Part shown: in pieces, positions 31,101 through 40,156 of the stretch
Position numbering within the stretch: the stretch's first letter is position 1
How the letters are laid out: each line of letters starts with the position of its first letter
DNA from: a virus
Direction: 5' to 3' (one strand)
DNA length: 64,000 nucleotides
Virus record (IMG/VR): IMGVR_UViG_3300020410_000948
Location: 29,807-93,806 of that record
Translations under genes and position numbers: made by a program
The notes under the pieces: model-generated
The model's database searches: none
The model's input: only the letters and a program-made list of their open reading frames with translations
What the model was told of the DNA's origin: nothing

Positions 31101-32848
31101 TCTTGAAATGGTGCAGTATTGACGTAAGGATTGGTAGTTGATGCGTCTATTTGATCTGGCGTTGATATGTCACTCAAAAAATCATTTGTTGTGCTAAGCT
31201 TGTATAAAAACACTTTGCCAAAGGGCTTGCTATCGGGCTCTACAAATTTGAATCCGCCTTCGTTTTCATAGGATCTAAACAAAGTGCTTGAATCGCCCAC
31301 ATCAGCTCTCTCATCTACTATGACAGGACTAGCCTTTCTTTTATTGCCATAGTAATCAATACCCTCTAGACAGGAATAAGGCGCACCAACTTCGCTGATG
31401 GCCAGCCAGTAAAAATCTTGATCGGACTGTCGGACTATATCTACAGACTGTCCAAATCTATATTTATCAGCAACAACAGAAGTGCCGTCATAATCTACTA
31501 CAGTTTCAGATGTAGGAGCAGAAAAGGTGTGATCGGTTGGAATAAGCATATCATCTTTAAAAACCGACTGACCGTTCAATCCATTCGGAGAAAAGAGAGT
31601 CGTGTAGTAGCGCCAAGAACCAGTAAGGTCTTGGGTTGAGCCATAATGAGTCCATGTTACACCGGACACACTTCTAAGAGAAGACGTGTCTGTAGGTTCA
31701 TACATCCTTTCATCATCAAACACAAAGTATTGAGTATCACTAATTCTTTTTACATACTTGATACCGTTGGCTGGATGATTGGTAGCGACAGTGTTATTAG
31801 TATTTACTGCGCCAGATATTTTAATTATATCTCCATCTTGAAGTAGCTTTGTATCATATGTGCCATCACCGCTTGGCCCAGATAAAGTTATTTTATTTCC
31901 ATCGACCGCAGTAACAGAACCCTTACGTCTTTCATATATATCTACTCTGCCACATCTATTATGTACTCCTGTTTTACTAAAAAACGAACTACTAGATACG
32001 TCAAACAATACTTTAATAAAACTAATATTTTGTGAAGAATCGCTAGGATTTACAAAAGAAAATATAGTTTCTCCTTGATTAGCAAAAGAAGTGAGGTTGG
32101 CGGAAGTGGGTGAAAAGTTAACAGCCAGACCTTTGTAATTACTACCTTCAATTTTTGCTATAGATGTCGTCGTAGGAAAGAATATAATATCCATGCTAGG
32201 ATTATATCCTAATGAATCTGTAATATAACTATCTTTTTTGACTGCCACTTTACTAACATCAGTGTCAACCGAATAAGATGTTTTTGATAAAACTGAAGTT
32301 GTGGAGGAATCGCCATCTACTAGAGTAAAATCTATACGAGAATCTTTACCCGCATTAGAATTCACAAAATTAGAAATATCATCATTAGAAGCTCCGACAT
32401 TCATAAATACTAATCCTGTCTGGAGTTCGTATTCAGTTGTGGTAGACTCATATCCAACAGTGTATGTTTTCTTAATTATAAAAAACTTTTCTGTATTATC
32501 CAGAGATCTATTCGCCAGAAAAACTTTTTGGCTATGGTCTTTATAGGAGACTATAGCAATGTCGTCGAGTATCTTTATGTCACTGGGAAATTTGCTGCAT
32601 GTATCGTCAGAAAAATCTCCGAATATAGAGGGGGCATTGTCACGATAAGGACTGCTCGTAAAGGCGGAGAGAGGCGTTCTGCCTCTGTTTATAGAGGTTA
32701 TTCTATCATTAAAGTTAGTAAAGCATTCTATTCCGCCGGGACCTTGTAAAAATAAGTCCATCTCAGAATTTCTCTGCGAAACACCATTAGTCCCTGTCTC
32801 ATCATTTTGTATGAATAGGGATGTGTTTTGGTTAGGTTTACAACTCAT
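28163..32848 (-). CDS. Large virion protein with FG-GAP-like segments
   Basis: CGRVDIYE, RFGQSVDI, FGKVFLY, GFGYSIAL, GSIYVY; TAATG coupling to the tape measure stop. Confidence 0.6.
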   Translation of the reverse strand: MSCKPNQNTSLFIQNDETGTNGVSQRNSEMDLFLQGPGGIECFTNFNDRITSINRGRTPLSAFTSSPYRDNAPSIFGDFSDDTCSKFPSDIKILDDIAIVSYKDHSQKVFLANRSLDNTEKFFIIKKTYTVGYESTTTEYELQTGLVFMNVGASNDDISNFVNSNAGKDSRIDFTLVDGDSSTTSVLSKTSYSVDTDVSKVAVKKDSYITDSLGYNPSMDIIFFPTTTSIAKIEGSNYKGLAVNFSPTSANLTSFANQGETIFSFVNPSDSSQNISFIKVLFDVSSSSFFSKTGVHNRCGRVDIYERRKGSVTAVDGNKITLSGPSGDGTYDTKLLQDGDIIKISGAVNTNNTVATNHPANGIKYVKRISDTQYFVFDDERMYEPTDTSSLRSVSGVTWTHYGSTQDLTGSWRYYTTLFSPNGLNGQSVFKDDMLIPTDHTFSAPTSETVVDYDGTSVVADKYRFGQSVDIVRQSDQDFYWLAISEVGAPYSCLEGIDYYGNKRKASPVIVDERADVGDSSTLFRSYENEGGFKFVEPDSKPFGKVFLYKLSTTNDFLSDISTPDQIDASTTNPYVNTAPFQDSGVTMDVFTDYRNLYWYRAAVANAIADNTSGVFSTVENSNKSLEEAFENDEFFLKTDGSKRASFKRRWDSEFYRENIVKYVKDNTLPYFQKKDAISFRWLTDGYKFADGFGYSIALKENHLPNLTGSELKPIVAIANRTFPHIASVSQSADSQLEELKNKIDSATDAGYDDRDSLDFYERNTKTNQFIMDFCTDGTNSDNLGNKFRCGSIYVYNPNQEYNSKFLDHTTRLREKVVEQNYFNASNDLSTRYRNMVGWYGKPFSMQYVDGKIIAGTDGDGIKVFFEGDNTTLYKSSSTLSGSEFDTFNLDIQIESGSEEYQNFTAAQKLENDDYNIYNVNSNLYSDPMQFWEFSKVHDGNSQSVYYPSSSGTSYNSPSFQEAQGFADTSVTFFRLYPGLGNMYSVNAGNNFATVNSSDIEDDNILLRTPFGHNFRSDGHILATNGTSYNSEFDVSVDVLAQRLYLYEISDSLKSVNLFQKITPAINSPDSRSDRGTASDLSYIKYFREGTLTFSENCDHSLSIAYLMDDMFDVLDGKIVLKTPIGHAVFSDSGRSKRIDFQNVGKTYFSSPYFSFTEKFDSKKPYNLNNMFSYRDGAGVSSADNIFDVCEDHKGLCLVYNIDNVSDEEQIIRKLVGAEFTVDIGNNICLQAGVDIGADAVFPVMTLYNEDPRKTITQKGHLSGINLKYGAKTATRAPLYTDGMQDSYDVAREGTFQQKSLALGEAILEWRGTYSFTTAELFRFIRSGSVLKNSSDDRTFRYNDGNGRATLAGEINTYTLNFDDENKPSFNSEASIEDSLIVGLVNQNISIDPDQYRQKWTSDMRQQELDFVPYSKPYDAVANQHSFVSDVRVISAKLSYRDYDLGVIRRFHCSAYEDTLNRRLDCTSSEDTPSGEAPGIIRIGSSKSAAYFDKENTISRGTSSDSIQVLYYNSDGDYNGLVNHGLTGSGGLDRYGNFDVQKPEILPLFIRSYPTVSSEDE

Positions 32849-35800
32849 TATGCTACTCTGCCATCCTGTTCTCGCTGCCACATTGTGATTGCATTGTCTA
32901 TCTTGGTTGCCGTGCTTGAAGCGACCGAATCTCCGATAATATTAACCAGCTTGTTAATTGCCTCCTGAGTAAATCCGGGTATCGCTAAACTTCCGCTAAC
33001 ATTTACATTGTGTGTTATCTGCATGTTTCCAAACTGTGTTGCTATATCCTGTAGCGCATTAGCTACAGTATTAAAGGCTGACATAGCTTGAGAAACATTA
33101 TCTAAAGCCTCCATCAGTGCGTTTCTACCGCCGAAGATACCTCCGCCGTTTTGCCTATACTGAACTCCAGCAACAGAGCCGCCTCTAGCAAATCCGGGAA
33201 CCTTGCCCCTGTTAACCTGTTTCATGAATCCAGTGCCGTGCTTTTTGACAGCAGCAGTACTCATAACAAACTCTCCGGGAGTCAACATAGCTGGCACAGA
33301 ATCTACAGAACCACCCGAGGCAAAGCCTCGAAAGTTTGCCATGGCAAAGTCACTAGTACCTCGAAATCTTTGCCCAAACCCTGTCGCAAAAGCATCCCTG
33401 AGTGCAACCATGTCTGCATAAAATTGAGGATTATAAAGGGCGTTTAGTAGCCCCTCTGTCCCGCTTTGGGCGTTATTAAACGCGATCACAGTAGACCCAA
33501 TTTTACCTTTGGTGTTATCGTCCTTTCGAGCCTTGATAGCCGTATGATAAACTCTTCGCTTGTATAGTCCACTATTTTCGCCTGCCTTTCTAACAGCCTC
33601 GTGGGTGAATGGTGTGCCCGCAAACGGGTCTTGATTACCACGCTTTCCGAATATAGCCCTGTAAAAATCTGATGGTACGACAAATGTGCGTTTTTGCCCA
33701 AGCGCCGGGTTCATGTAAATATTCCCGTCTCCGCCCATCGCCATTAGTTGGCCCTCTTTAGCTACGACTCTTCCAAAATTTATTCCTTCACTATTCGTAT
33801 TCGATCTTACTGCGCCATAACGTGAAGCATAATCCTGTAAGCCCTTAATAGCCCAGATTGTATCGGGGAAAAGCTTCGCTATTGCTCCCTGCGCCCCCTG
33901 TAACGCCATCGCATAGAGTTTACGAAAGTTCTTGACGTTGGGGTCTTTTGCTGCTGCATTTTTTTGCTTTTTGTTTAAAAGATCTCCTTTCGCCACGAAT
34001 GAGCCTTTAAGTAATTTAGTTAAACCTTGTTCTATGAATCCTCCGCCGGCTGCATATACAGTAGAAGCGTTACCGTTATTTAAAGCACTTAGAGCTCCTA
34101 CACCAATTTTGTCTACAGCACTTTTCCTAATAACAAATTCACCCGGCGTTAACATTGCTGGCACTGTGTCTGTGCCTCTTGGCTTGAATACATTACCTCC
34201 TTTAGCAAAGCCTCTAACAGGAACAAAACCTCCTCTAGCGGCACCGCCCGCATTATCAGCCTCCTCAACTGCTGTATCGGTATTGTCTTTTAGCCATTGC
34301 AAAAGATTTTCCGCAGCAGTCTTCATGGAGGTAAGAGCTTCTATTTGAATGTTTGCTTCCTGTTCCTCAAGCTTTCTAAGTGCTGCAGCAGCGTCCTGCT
34401 CCTCTTTGTTTATTTGACGAAGGTCATTAATAAGTTTTTCTTCCTTTGTGGTAGCTTCAAATATAGCTTTTACTAGCTGGGGAGGTACACCTTGTTGTCC
34501 GCCTGACATCATTCGGAACTGTTGCTCCATCTGTCTGATTTGAAGGTTTTTAGAAACATCACCACCAGTCATGCCACCAAATATTGGGACATCTTTAAAC
34601 TGATCTAAAAGCTTACCTACGGCAGCTCTAAACTTATCAGGTATTGCATTTATGTTTCCTGTCTGTAACACTTTTTGCAAGGCCATAAACTCTTGGTTCA
34701 TTCCTTGTCGCTGTTCATTAGTGGCAAAGGTAAAGTCCTTTATGGCTCCCTGCATTGCTTCTCGGGCGCCCTTTTCTTTGTCTATCTCCTCCATAACAGC
34801 TGCGGCTTCATCAGACCTGTCAGCCAAAACCTTAAGCGCATCTTTAGTTCTGGTTATCTCGTCTTGTAATAACTTTTGGGCGTTGGCCATATCTTGGTCA
34901 CGCTTTATGGCCGCTGTTCCTACTACTGGGCCAGCAGCATTTCTGGCCTGCTGTATTTGATTTACCCGAGCATTCATTGCCTGACCTCGGGCCGCAAGAC
35001 CAGCTACATTTACTGGGCCACGCATTCCAGCTGCAGCGGCAGCTTTTTGATTGGTCATTCCTCTAGCCATACGCGCAGTCATTTCTTGACCAGTAGCTTT
35101 TAGTATTCTGTTGATACCTTTGTGTCTGACATCAATCTCGAATTTGTACGCATCGACTATCTCTTTCTTGTTCTTCCTTACGGCATCGCCAATAGCAGAA
35201 AGAACATTGACATAATCACCTTGGGCTTTAGCTAATTTCTGTAGTAGCTTTACTTGGTGACCTACCTCGGCGCCTAATATCTCCGTAGCTTCTGCAATAT
35301 CTGTGGAGTCAAATCCATCATCAAACAGCTTTAAGAGTTTTTCTTGCATAGCATCTGAAAGGCTTGTAAAATCTATGCCCGCATCGCTGAGCGCTTGTTT
35401 CCTCTGTGTGTTACTTAGGTTTTCTCCTGCGAACTGCTCAACCAAACTATCCAAAGCGCCTTCTAATTTCTTGTTCTTCGCTAAGCCTGATCTTATACTC
35501 TCAGCTATTTCTGGACTAATTCTTCTTGCTGCAGCAAACGCTTCTGGGCTAAATCCATCTTTCAGGGTTGCTATAAGACCGCCAACATTTACTTTAGCAT
35601 CCTGTATAGACCCAGAGAAGCCCTTGACAGCACTATCAATTTGACCCATTGCTACACTTGCCAACTCAAATCCGCGATTGGCTTTATTTATAGCTTGAGT
35701 TCTCGCCCTTTCAAGTCTCACTAATTCTAACTCGGCAGCCTTCAATGCCTTCAATTCGCGGATACGCTCTTCTTCTGCCGCCGCAGCCTCTTTGTTTGCT

Positions 35801-38800
35801 TTATCCAAGTTCTCGGCAGCTTCCTCTGCTTGTTCTTGACCTTTGGCTTTTGCGATTGCTTTCTCTCTAGTTTTTACCAGTTCTTTTTCTGCAGCTGAAA
35901 GATCTTCAAAGCTTCTGCTGCCAAAACCAGCACCAGACATGGCTTCATCACGAGCTGATCCTGAAGCAAGAATTTCTTTTTCAAAGCCCTTCGATAATGT
36001 TTGGGTCAATTGATCTAATTGTGCTTTGTATCTTGGGTCTGCAAATATATCATCAAAAGATCTGCCAGATTCGCGCATACTTTCAATCATAGTTGATATG
36101 CCTTCTCTGACCCTTGCAGCTGCTTCAAAGTTTGCTTTTGCTAATTCTTCTCTAGAGTTTTGAAGCTGCTCTCTAGCCGCTTCAAACTCTTCGCCCTCAA
36201 AAATATTTTGATCGCCAAGCTCTTTAAGTTTCTGTTCATATTTTGCCATTGCTTTATCAGCCCTAGACTGTCCGCCAACAAAATCACTAGTAGCTTTTAT
36301 GTTTGCATTAACAGCTTTCATGCCTTTTAATTGCAGCTGCTCGTTCTTTTTTATTGCTGCATTATAGTTGCCTAAAGTTTCGGCAGTTTCTGCTGACGCG
36401 TCTACAAAAGATTCGATAGCCTCCTTTTGCGCAATGATCTTCCTGTATTTTTCTGACTGCTCTTGAGCACCCTTGACAGCTCTTGCGAAGGGAGAAAATA
36501 CGGCTACTGTGCTATAGAGAGCTCCTGCGAAGTCTCCCTCCATCAAAGCTTTTCCCGCATCTATCGCATGGCCGAAACCTGTAAGTTGATTAAAGGCTAC
36601 ACTAGCGACATTACCTAAGCTATACATTTCCGCAGCCGCTGACTCGTCTACAAAAGTTCCTAGTTCATTTGTAACCCTAGTTCTATCAAACTTGCCTCCG
36701 CCTTCTATTACTCTCTTTGATTCTTCTGCGGCAGATTCAGCCATAGCTTTTGCGGCTTCTGAGGCTTGCATCGACAAGAACTGAAAGACGCCTATAAGAG
36801 CTATAACAACAACAGCCAGCGCAGCCATTGGAGCGTTAGCAATAGTTTGCGCTATTGTGTTCTTCACGGTTGCTAAAGTATTGGCTCCAGTAGCTACAGT
36901 TTCAGCTATTTTAGCTTCCATTTGTGCAATCATAGGAACTATAATCATTCCTAGTACACCAGCAAGCATAAGTGCTCCACTGGCGGCTTTTTTAGTGGCC
37001 TCCGAAAGGTTAGTAGCTTCCAGCGCCATAGGAGCCATAAATGTAGCCATCATAGCAGCATTGCCTATTCCGCCCATGCCTCCTCCGGCGGCTTTCTGAG
37101 TTTTAGCGTTTTGAACAGGAGCTGTACCTGTGGGAGCTACTCCGGTAGGGGCAGGACCTTTAGGAGCAAATGCAGCGTACTTACCTCCGGCGGTTTGAAT
37201 TTGAGTTCCGGCTGCCTGCGTCTGCTGGCCTGTCACCTGCCCCTTTTGCGCCAGCTGCTGGAAGGCTTTTCCGCTCAGGTTGAACGCTCCATCCATAAGA
37301 CCAAGCGGACCCAAAGTCCTAAGTACGCCACCTCCAAGTTTTTTTGCAGTAGTGCCAGCCATTGTGAGTCCAGACTTCATTTGAGCAAGAATGGGCGTAG
37401 CGCTTTTTAGCTGGCCAGCAAACGCCGTTAAAGATGGACCTAAAGTCGCACTTCCCATCATGCCCTGATTTCCACCGCCCCCCATAAATGATTGGCCTCC
37501 CCTCATAGCCGATGCAGGGCCTACTCCGCCACCCATATTAAAGTGAGCGACTCCGCTTTTGTTCATTCTGTTTAGATTGCCATAGCCTATAGACTGGGCT
37601 GATGATTTATTTATTACATACTCGCCGGGAGTTAACATGGCAGGAACAGTGTCTACTTGACCGCCTTTGTTGAATCCTGTTACATTAAATAAACCTTGTG
37701 CAAAGGCTAGAGATGGATTTTGTGCGATATAGTTGCCTAACTTCTTAGGAATCCCCGTAGGTCTAGCTGCCTCAGCTTTGCTCCTTTTTACCTCCATAAC
37801 TTTAGCTAAAGACATGTTGTCACCATAAAGAGCGGTAAGACTTTGCCTGTTGCGTGACACCTCTCCAAACCCGAGGTCAAAGCTAGCCTTACCTCTAGAT
37901 GGAATGGCTCCGGTCATTGCGGAAATAACACCTTCTTGTATAAAACCTTCCATTGACTCTACAGCCGTGTCATCTAAAGCGGATGAGGTCCTTGCTGCAG
38001 CAATTTTGCTCTCATTCACGTTAAGAGCTGGTAAAAGATCTAGCAGTCCAGACGATCCTATCGTTGTTGATGCTTTAGCAACACCAGTACTTATAGCATC
38101 CATAGCTGCGGCCTGAATGATGCTAGCGAATCTCCCTCCTCTTAACTTTTGTGGCTGAGGTGCAGATATTGGATAAGATCCAGAGCCTACATTAAAAGGA
38201 ATACGCTGCTTCGCAAGCAAGCTTCTATCTCCACCCATATATTTCTGTGCAAGTGTATTTTGTACGTTGGCGGGAAGCTGATTACCCAAAACCATTTGGT
38301 TACCGCCTTTACCTGCAAATCCGCCTCCGTGAGTATATGTGGTGAGGGTTCCTACCGGAAGCATCACCGCCCCACCAATAGCTCCAGCTTTAGGCGACAT
38401 TGTTAGAGGAGGAATATTAACTGCTTTCTTAGTGGCAGCACCCTTCTGTTTCGACATAGCTGATGCGGCGGCGACTGCAGGCACTCCTGTTCCAGCCGTA
38501 CCGTTTGCGTACTTATTTGCTCTAGCAAGATTTTCAGCTCCGATAGACTGTACACTACTTTTCTTAATTACAAACTCGCCCGGACTAAGCATTGCTGGCA
38601 CAGTGTCTCTATTACCACTTCCGGGGACTAAGCCTCCTCTATTAAAGCCATATATTTTGCCGCCCTGATTCTTGCCGGCAAGTCCAGAAAATCTACCAAT
38701 TGCGGGAACAGCAATCTTACCTAGCTGAAACGCCGCCAAAGCTGTCATGAGAGGCAGTAGGGGCTCTAGAGCATCTACTACATTTAGTATAGCCTCTGCA

Positions 38801-40062
38801 AATCTAATAGCTCCTCTAGCTAAAGTCTGGAAAGTATCACTGCCAGCAATATCACGTATTGTTTTGTCAAACTCTTCTTTGAGTTTTGCGAAGGCGTTGC
38901 CCAAACCTAGTTGTGCTGTAGCGGCATCTCTAGCTGTTGATCCAGATGAAAGATTAGCTAAGGCAAGAGCTTCTTGTGTTGTGCCGAACTGCTTTAATAA
39001 TGGAATGACTTTACCGACCTGTCTAAAACCACCAAGCTGTTCAACAACTTCTTGGAATCTAAAGTCCGTAGCCGAAAGACCGGAAAGACCTATTTGCAAC
39101 CTTTTAATTGCTTCAAGCGGACCAACAAACTCACCCTTTGCATTTCTAAGCTCTATACCAAGTTCTCTAAGCTGTTCAACAGTCTCAGTTCTTTGTATAC
39201 GAGTGAAGATAGTTCTAAACCCAGTCGCGATAGTCTCTGCAGTTTCACGGGTCGTGGCTCTCACTGAAGTGAACAAGGCTATCAACTCATTGATTTTACC
39301 TCCGGCAGCTTCAAACACACCCCCAGTTCTACGAACCGCAGAAATCAAGTCGGCAGATTCGACAGCAAAGTTCTTAGAAACTGTATTGATTGCATCCAAA
39401 GATTTTTCAAGAAACGCTAGGTCTCCACCTGTCGCCCTAGCCTCATTCCTAAACTGCCTAAGTATAGCAATCGCACCTTCTGTAGTGTCAGCCAAGTTAT
39501 CAAAGGTTGCTCCCAGATCTGTCCTAGCCAGTATAGCTAACGCCTTCTGTGTTTTGCTTGCAGAAAAACCTGCCTGAGAAAGTGTCCTCGCTACATTAAG
39601 TAATTCGCTAGAAGAGACACCAAGACTCGTAGATAGTTTACTAACCTCTCCAGTTAGGCTCTTCATCCCCGACATGGTTTTGCCGGTGACCTGACTTATC
39701 TTTAACAGTTCTTTCTCGAAATCTACAGCTCTACCAAACGCCTCGGTTATACCTCTAGCCAAAGCCAAGAAAGCTCCAGTAGCAATAGTAATAGACGCAA
39801 ATCTTCTTGCTGCTGCGCCAAGAGCAGAACCAAGGCTGGTTGCTGATCTAGAAGCTGTTTTTAAATTGGCACTAGCTGATTTAGCTGAGTTCGCAACATT
39901 CTGAACTTGTTTATTCGCATTAGCTAATGCCTGAGTATTTATTGTTGGGTTAATAGTTATATTTGCTTGCGAAAGCTGACGGCGTACCTGCGTAATAACC
40001 TGACGGGTATTCGTAGGTGCTTGCAACTGCATTTGTGCCGTTAGTACAAATCTGCCTGCCAT
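32848..40062 (-). CDS. Tail tape measure protein (TP901-type core) with four internal repeat motifs
   Basis: 2404 aa, Ala/Gly-rich helical; PhageMin_Tail-like N-terminal region; hydrophobic central segments; follows the tube and chaperone genes. Confidence 0.92.
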   Translation of the reverse strand: MAGRFVLTAQMQLQAPTNTRQVITQVRRQLSQANITINPTINTQALANANKQVQNVANSAKSASANLKTASRSATSLGSALGAAARRFASITIATGAFLALARGITEAFGRAVDFEKELLKISQVTGKTMSGMKSLTGEVSKLSTSLGVSSSELLNVARTLSQAGFSASKTQKALAILARTDLGATFDNLADTTEGAIAILRQFRNEARATGGDLAFLEKSLDAINTVSKNFAVESADLISAVRRTGGVFEAAGGKINELIALFTSVRATTRETAETIATGFRTIFTRIQRTETVEQLRELGIELRNAKGEFVGPLEAIKRLQIGLSGLSATDFRFQEVVEQLGGFRQVGKVIPLLKQFGTTQEALALANLSSGSTARDAATAQLGLGNAFAKLKEEFDKTIRDIAGSDTFQTLARGAIRFAEAILNVVDALEPLLPLMTALAAFQLGKIAVPAIGRFSGLAGKNQGGKIYGFNRGGLVPGSGNRDTVPAMLSPGEFVIKKSSVQSIGAENLARANKYANGTAGTGVPAVAAASAMSKQKGAATKKAVNIPPLTMSPKAGAIGGAVMLPVGTLTTYTHGGGFAGKGGNQMVLGNQLPANVQNTLAQKYMGGDRSLLAKQRIPFNVGSGSYPISAPQPQKLRGGRFASIIQAAAMDAISTGVAKASTTIGSSGLLDLLPALNVNESKIAAARTSSALDDTAVESMEGFIQEGVISAMTGAIPSRGKASFDLGFGEVSRNRQSLTALYGDNMSLAKVMEVKRSKAEAARPTGIPKKLGNYIAQNPSLAFAQGLFNVTGFNKGGQVDTVPAMLTPGEYVINKSSAQSIGYGNLNRMNKSGVAHFNMGGGVGPASAMRGGQSFMGGGGNQGMMGSATLGPSLTAFAGQLKSATPILAQMKSGLTMAGTTAKKLGGGVLRTLGPLGLMDGAFNLSGKAFQQLAQKGQVTGQQTQAAGTQIQTAGGKYAAFAPKGPAPTGVAPTGTAPVQNAKTQKAAGGGMGGIGNAAMMATFMAPMALEATNLSEATKKAASGALMLAGVLGMIIVPMIAQMEAKIAETVATGANTLATVKNTIAQTIANAPMAALAVVVIALIGVFQFLSMQASEAAKAMAESAAEESKRVIEGGGKFDRTRVTNELGTFVDESAAAEMYSLGNVASVAFNQLTGFGHAIDAGKALMEGDFAGALYSTVAVFSPFARAVKGAQEQSEKYRKIIAQKEAIESFVDASAETAETLGNYNAAIKKNEQLQLKGMKAVNANIKATSDFVGGQSRADKAMAKYEQKLKELGDQNIFEGEEFEAAREQLQNSREELAKANFEAAARVREGISTMIESMRESGRSFDDIFADPRYKAQLDQLTQTLSKGFEKEILASGSARDEAMSGAGFGSRSFEDLSAAEKELVKTREKAIAKAKGQEQAEEAAENLDKANKEAAAAEEERIRELKALKAAELELVRLERARTQAINKANRGFELASVAMGQIDSAVKGFSGSIQDAKVNVGGLIATLKDGFSPEAFAAARRISPEIAESIRSGLAKNKKLEGALDSLVEQFAGENLSNTQRKQALSDAGIDFTSLSDAMQEKLLKLFDDGFDSTDIAEATEILGAEVGHQVKLLQKLAKAQGDYVNVLSAIGDAVRKNKKEIVDAYKFEIDVRHKGINRILKATGQEMTARMARGMTNQKAAAAAGMRGPVNVAGLAARGQAMNARVNQIQQARNAAGPVVGTAAIKRDQDMANAQKLLQDEITRTKDALKVLADRSDEAAAVMEEIDKEKGAREAMQGAIKDFTFATNEQRQGMNQEFMALQKVLQTGNINAIPDKFRAAVGKLLDQFKDVPIFGGMTGGDVSKNLQIRQMEQQFRMMSGGQQGVPPQLVKAIFEATTKEEKLINDLRQINKEEQDAAAALRKLEEQEANIQIEALTSMKTAAENLLQWLKDNTDTAVEEADNAGGAARGGFVPVRGFAKGGNVFKPRGTDTVPAMLTPGEFVIRKSAVDKIGVGALSALNNGNASTVYAAGGGFIEQGLTKLLKGSFVAKGDLLNKKQKNAAAKDPNVKNFRKLYAMALQGAQGAIAKLFPDTIWAIKGLQDYASRYGAVRSNTNSEGINFGRVVAKEGQLMAMGGDGNIYMNPALGQKRTFVVPSDFYRAIFGKRGNQDPFAGTPFTHEAVRKAGENSGLYKRRVYHTAIKARKDDNTKGKIGSTVIAFNNAQSGTEGLLNALYNPQFYADMVALRDAFATGFGQRFRGTSDFAMANFRGFASGGSVDSVPAMLTPGEFVMSTAAVKKHGTGFMKQVNRGKVPGFARGGSVAGVQYRQNGGGIFGGRNALMEALDNVSQAMSAFNTVANALQDIATQFGNMQITHNVNVSGSLAIPGFTQEAINKLVNIIGDSVASSTATKIDNAITMWQREQDGRVA
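33235..38650 (-). repeat. Four copies of the GG...D(T/S)VPAML(T/S)PGE(F/Y)V motif inside the tape measure
   Basis: Copies at about 38539-38650, 37585-37678, 34100-34212 and 33235-33327. Confidence 0.9.
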
Positions 40063-40078
40063 TTATCAACCTTTCAAT

Positions 40079-40123
40079 AAAAAAAATAGGGGCAGCACGA
40101 TACCTTAGTATTTTGCTACCCCT
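40079..40123 (-). terminator. Intrinsic terminator-like hairpin just upstream of the tape measure gene
   Basis: - strand AGGGGTAGCA...TGCTGCCCCT stem followed by A and eight T. Confidence 0.7.
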
Positions 40124-40141
40124 TTTTAAGACTGTCCAAAG

Positions 40142-40156
40142 TTATATACACAAAAA
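40142..40156 (-). promoter_or_regulatory. Putative late promoter
   Basis: TTTTTGTGTATATAA. Confidence 0.6.

Noticed and set aside
33235-38650. Tape measure repeats as inteins or diversity-generating retroelement repeats
   Set aside because: No Cys/Ser...His-Asn intein ends; the DNA copies differ at synonymous sites rather than at adenines only; no reverse transcriptase in the window
38747-39577. 276-aa + strand ORF and many other ORFs antisense to long genes
   Set aside because: They lie wholly opposite well-supported genes, lack recognisable motifs and are explained as antisense shadow frames
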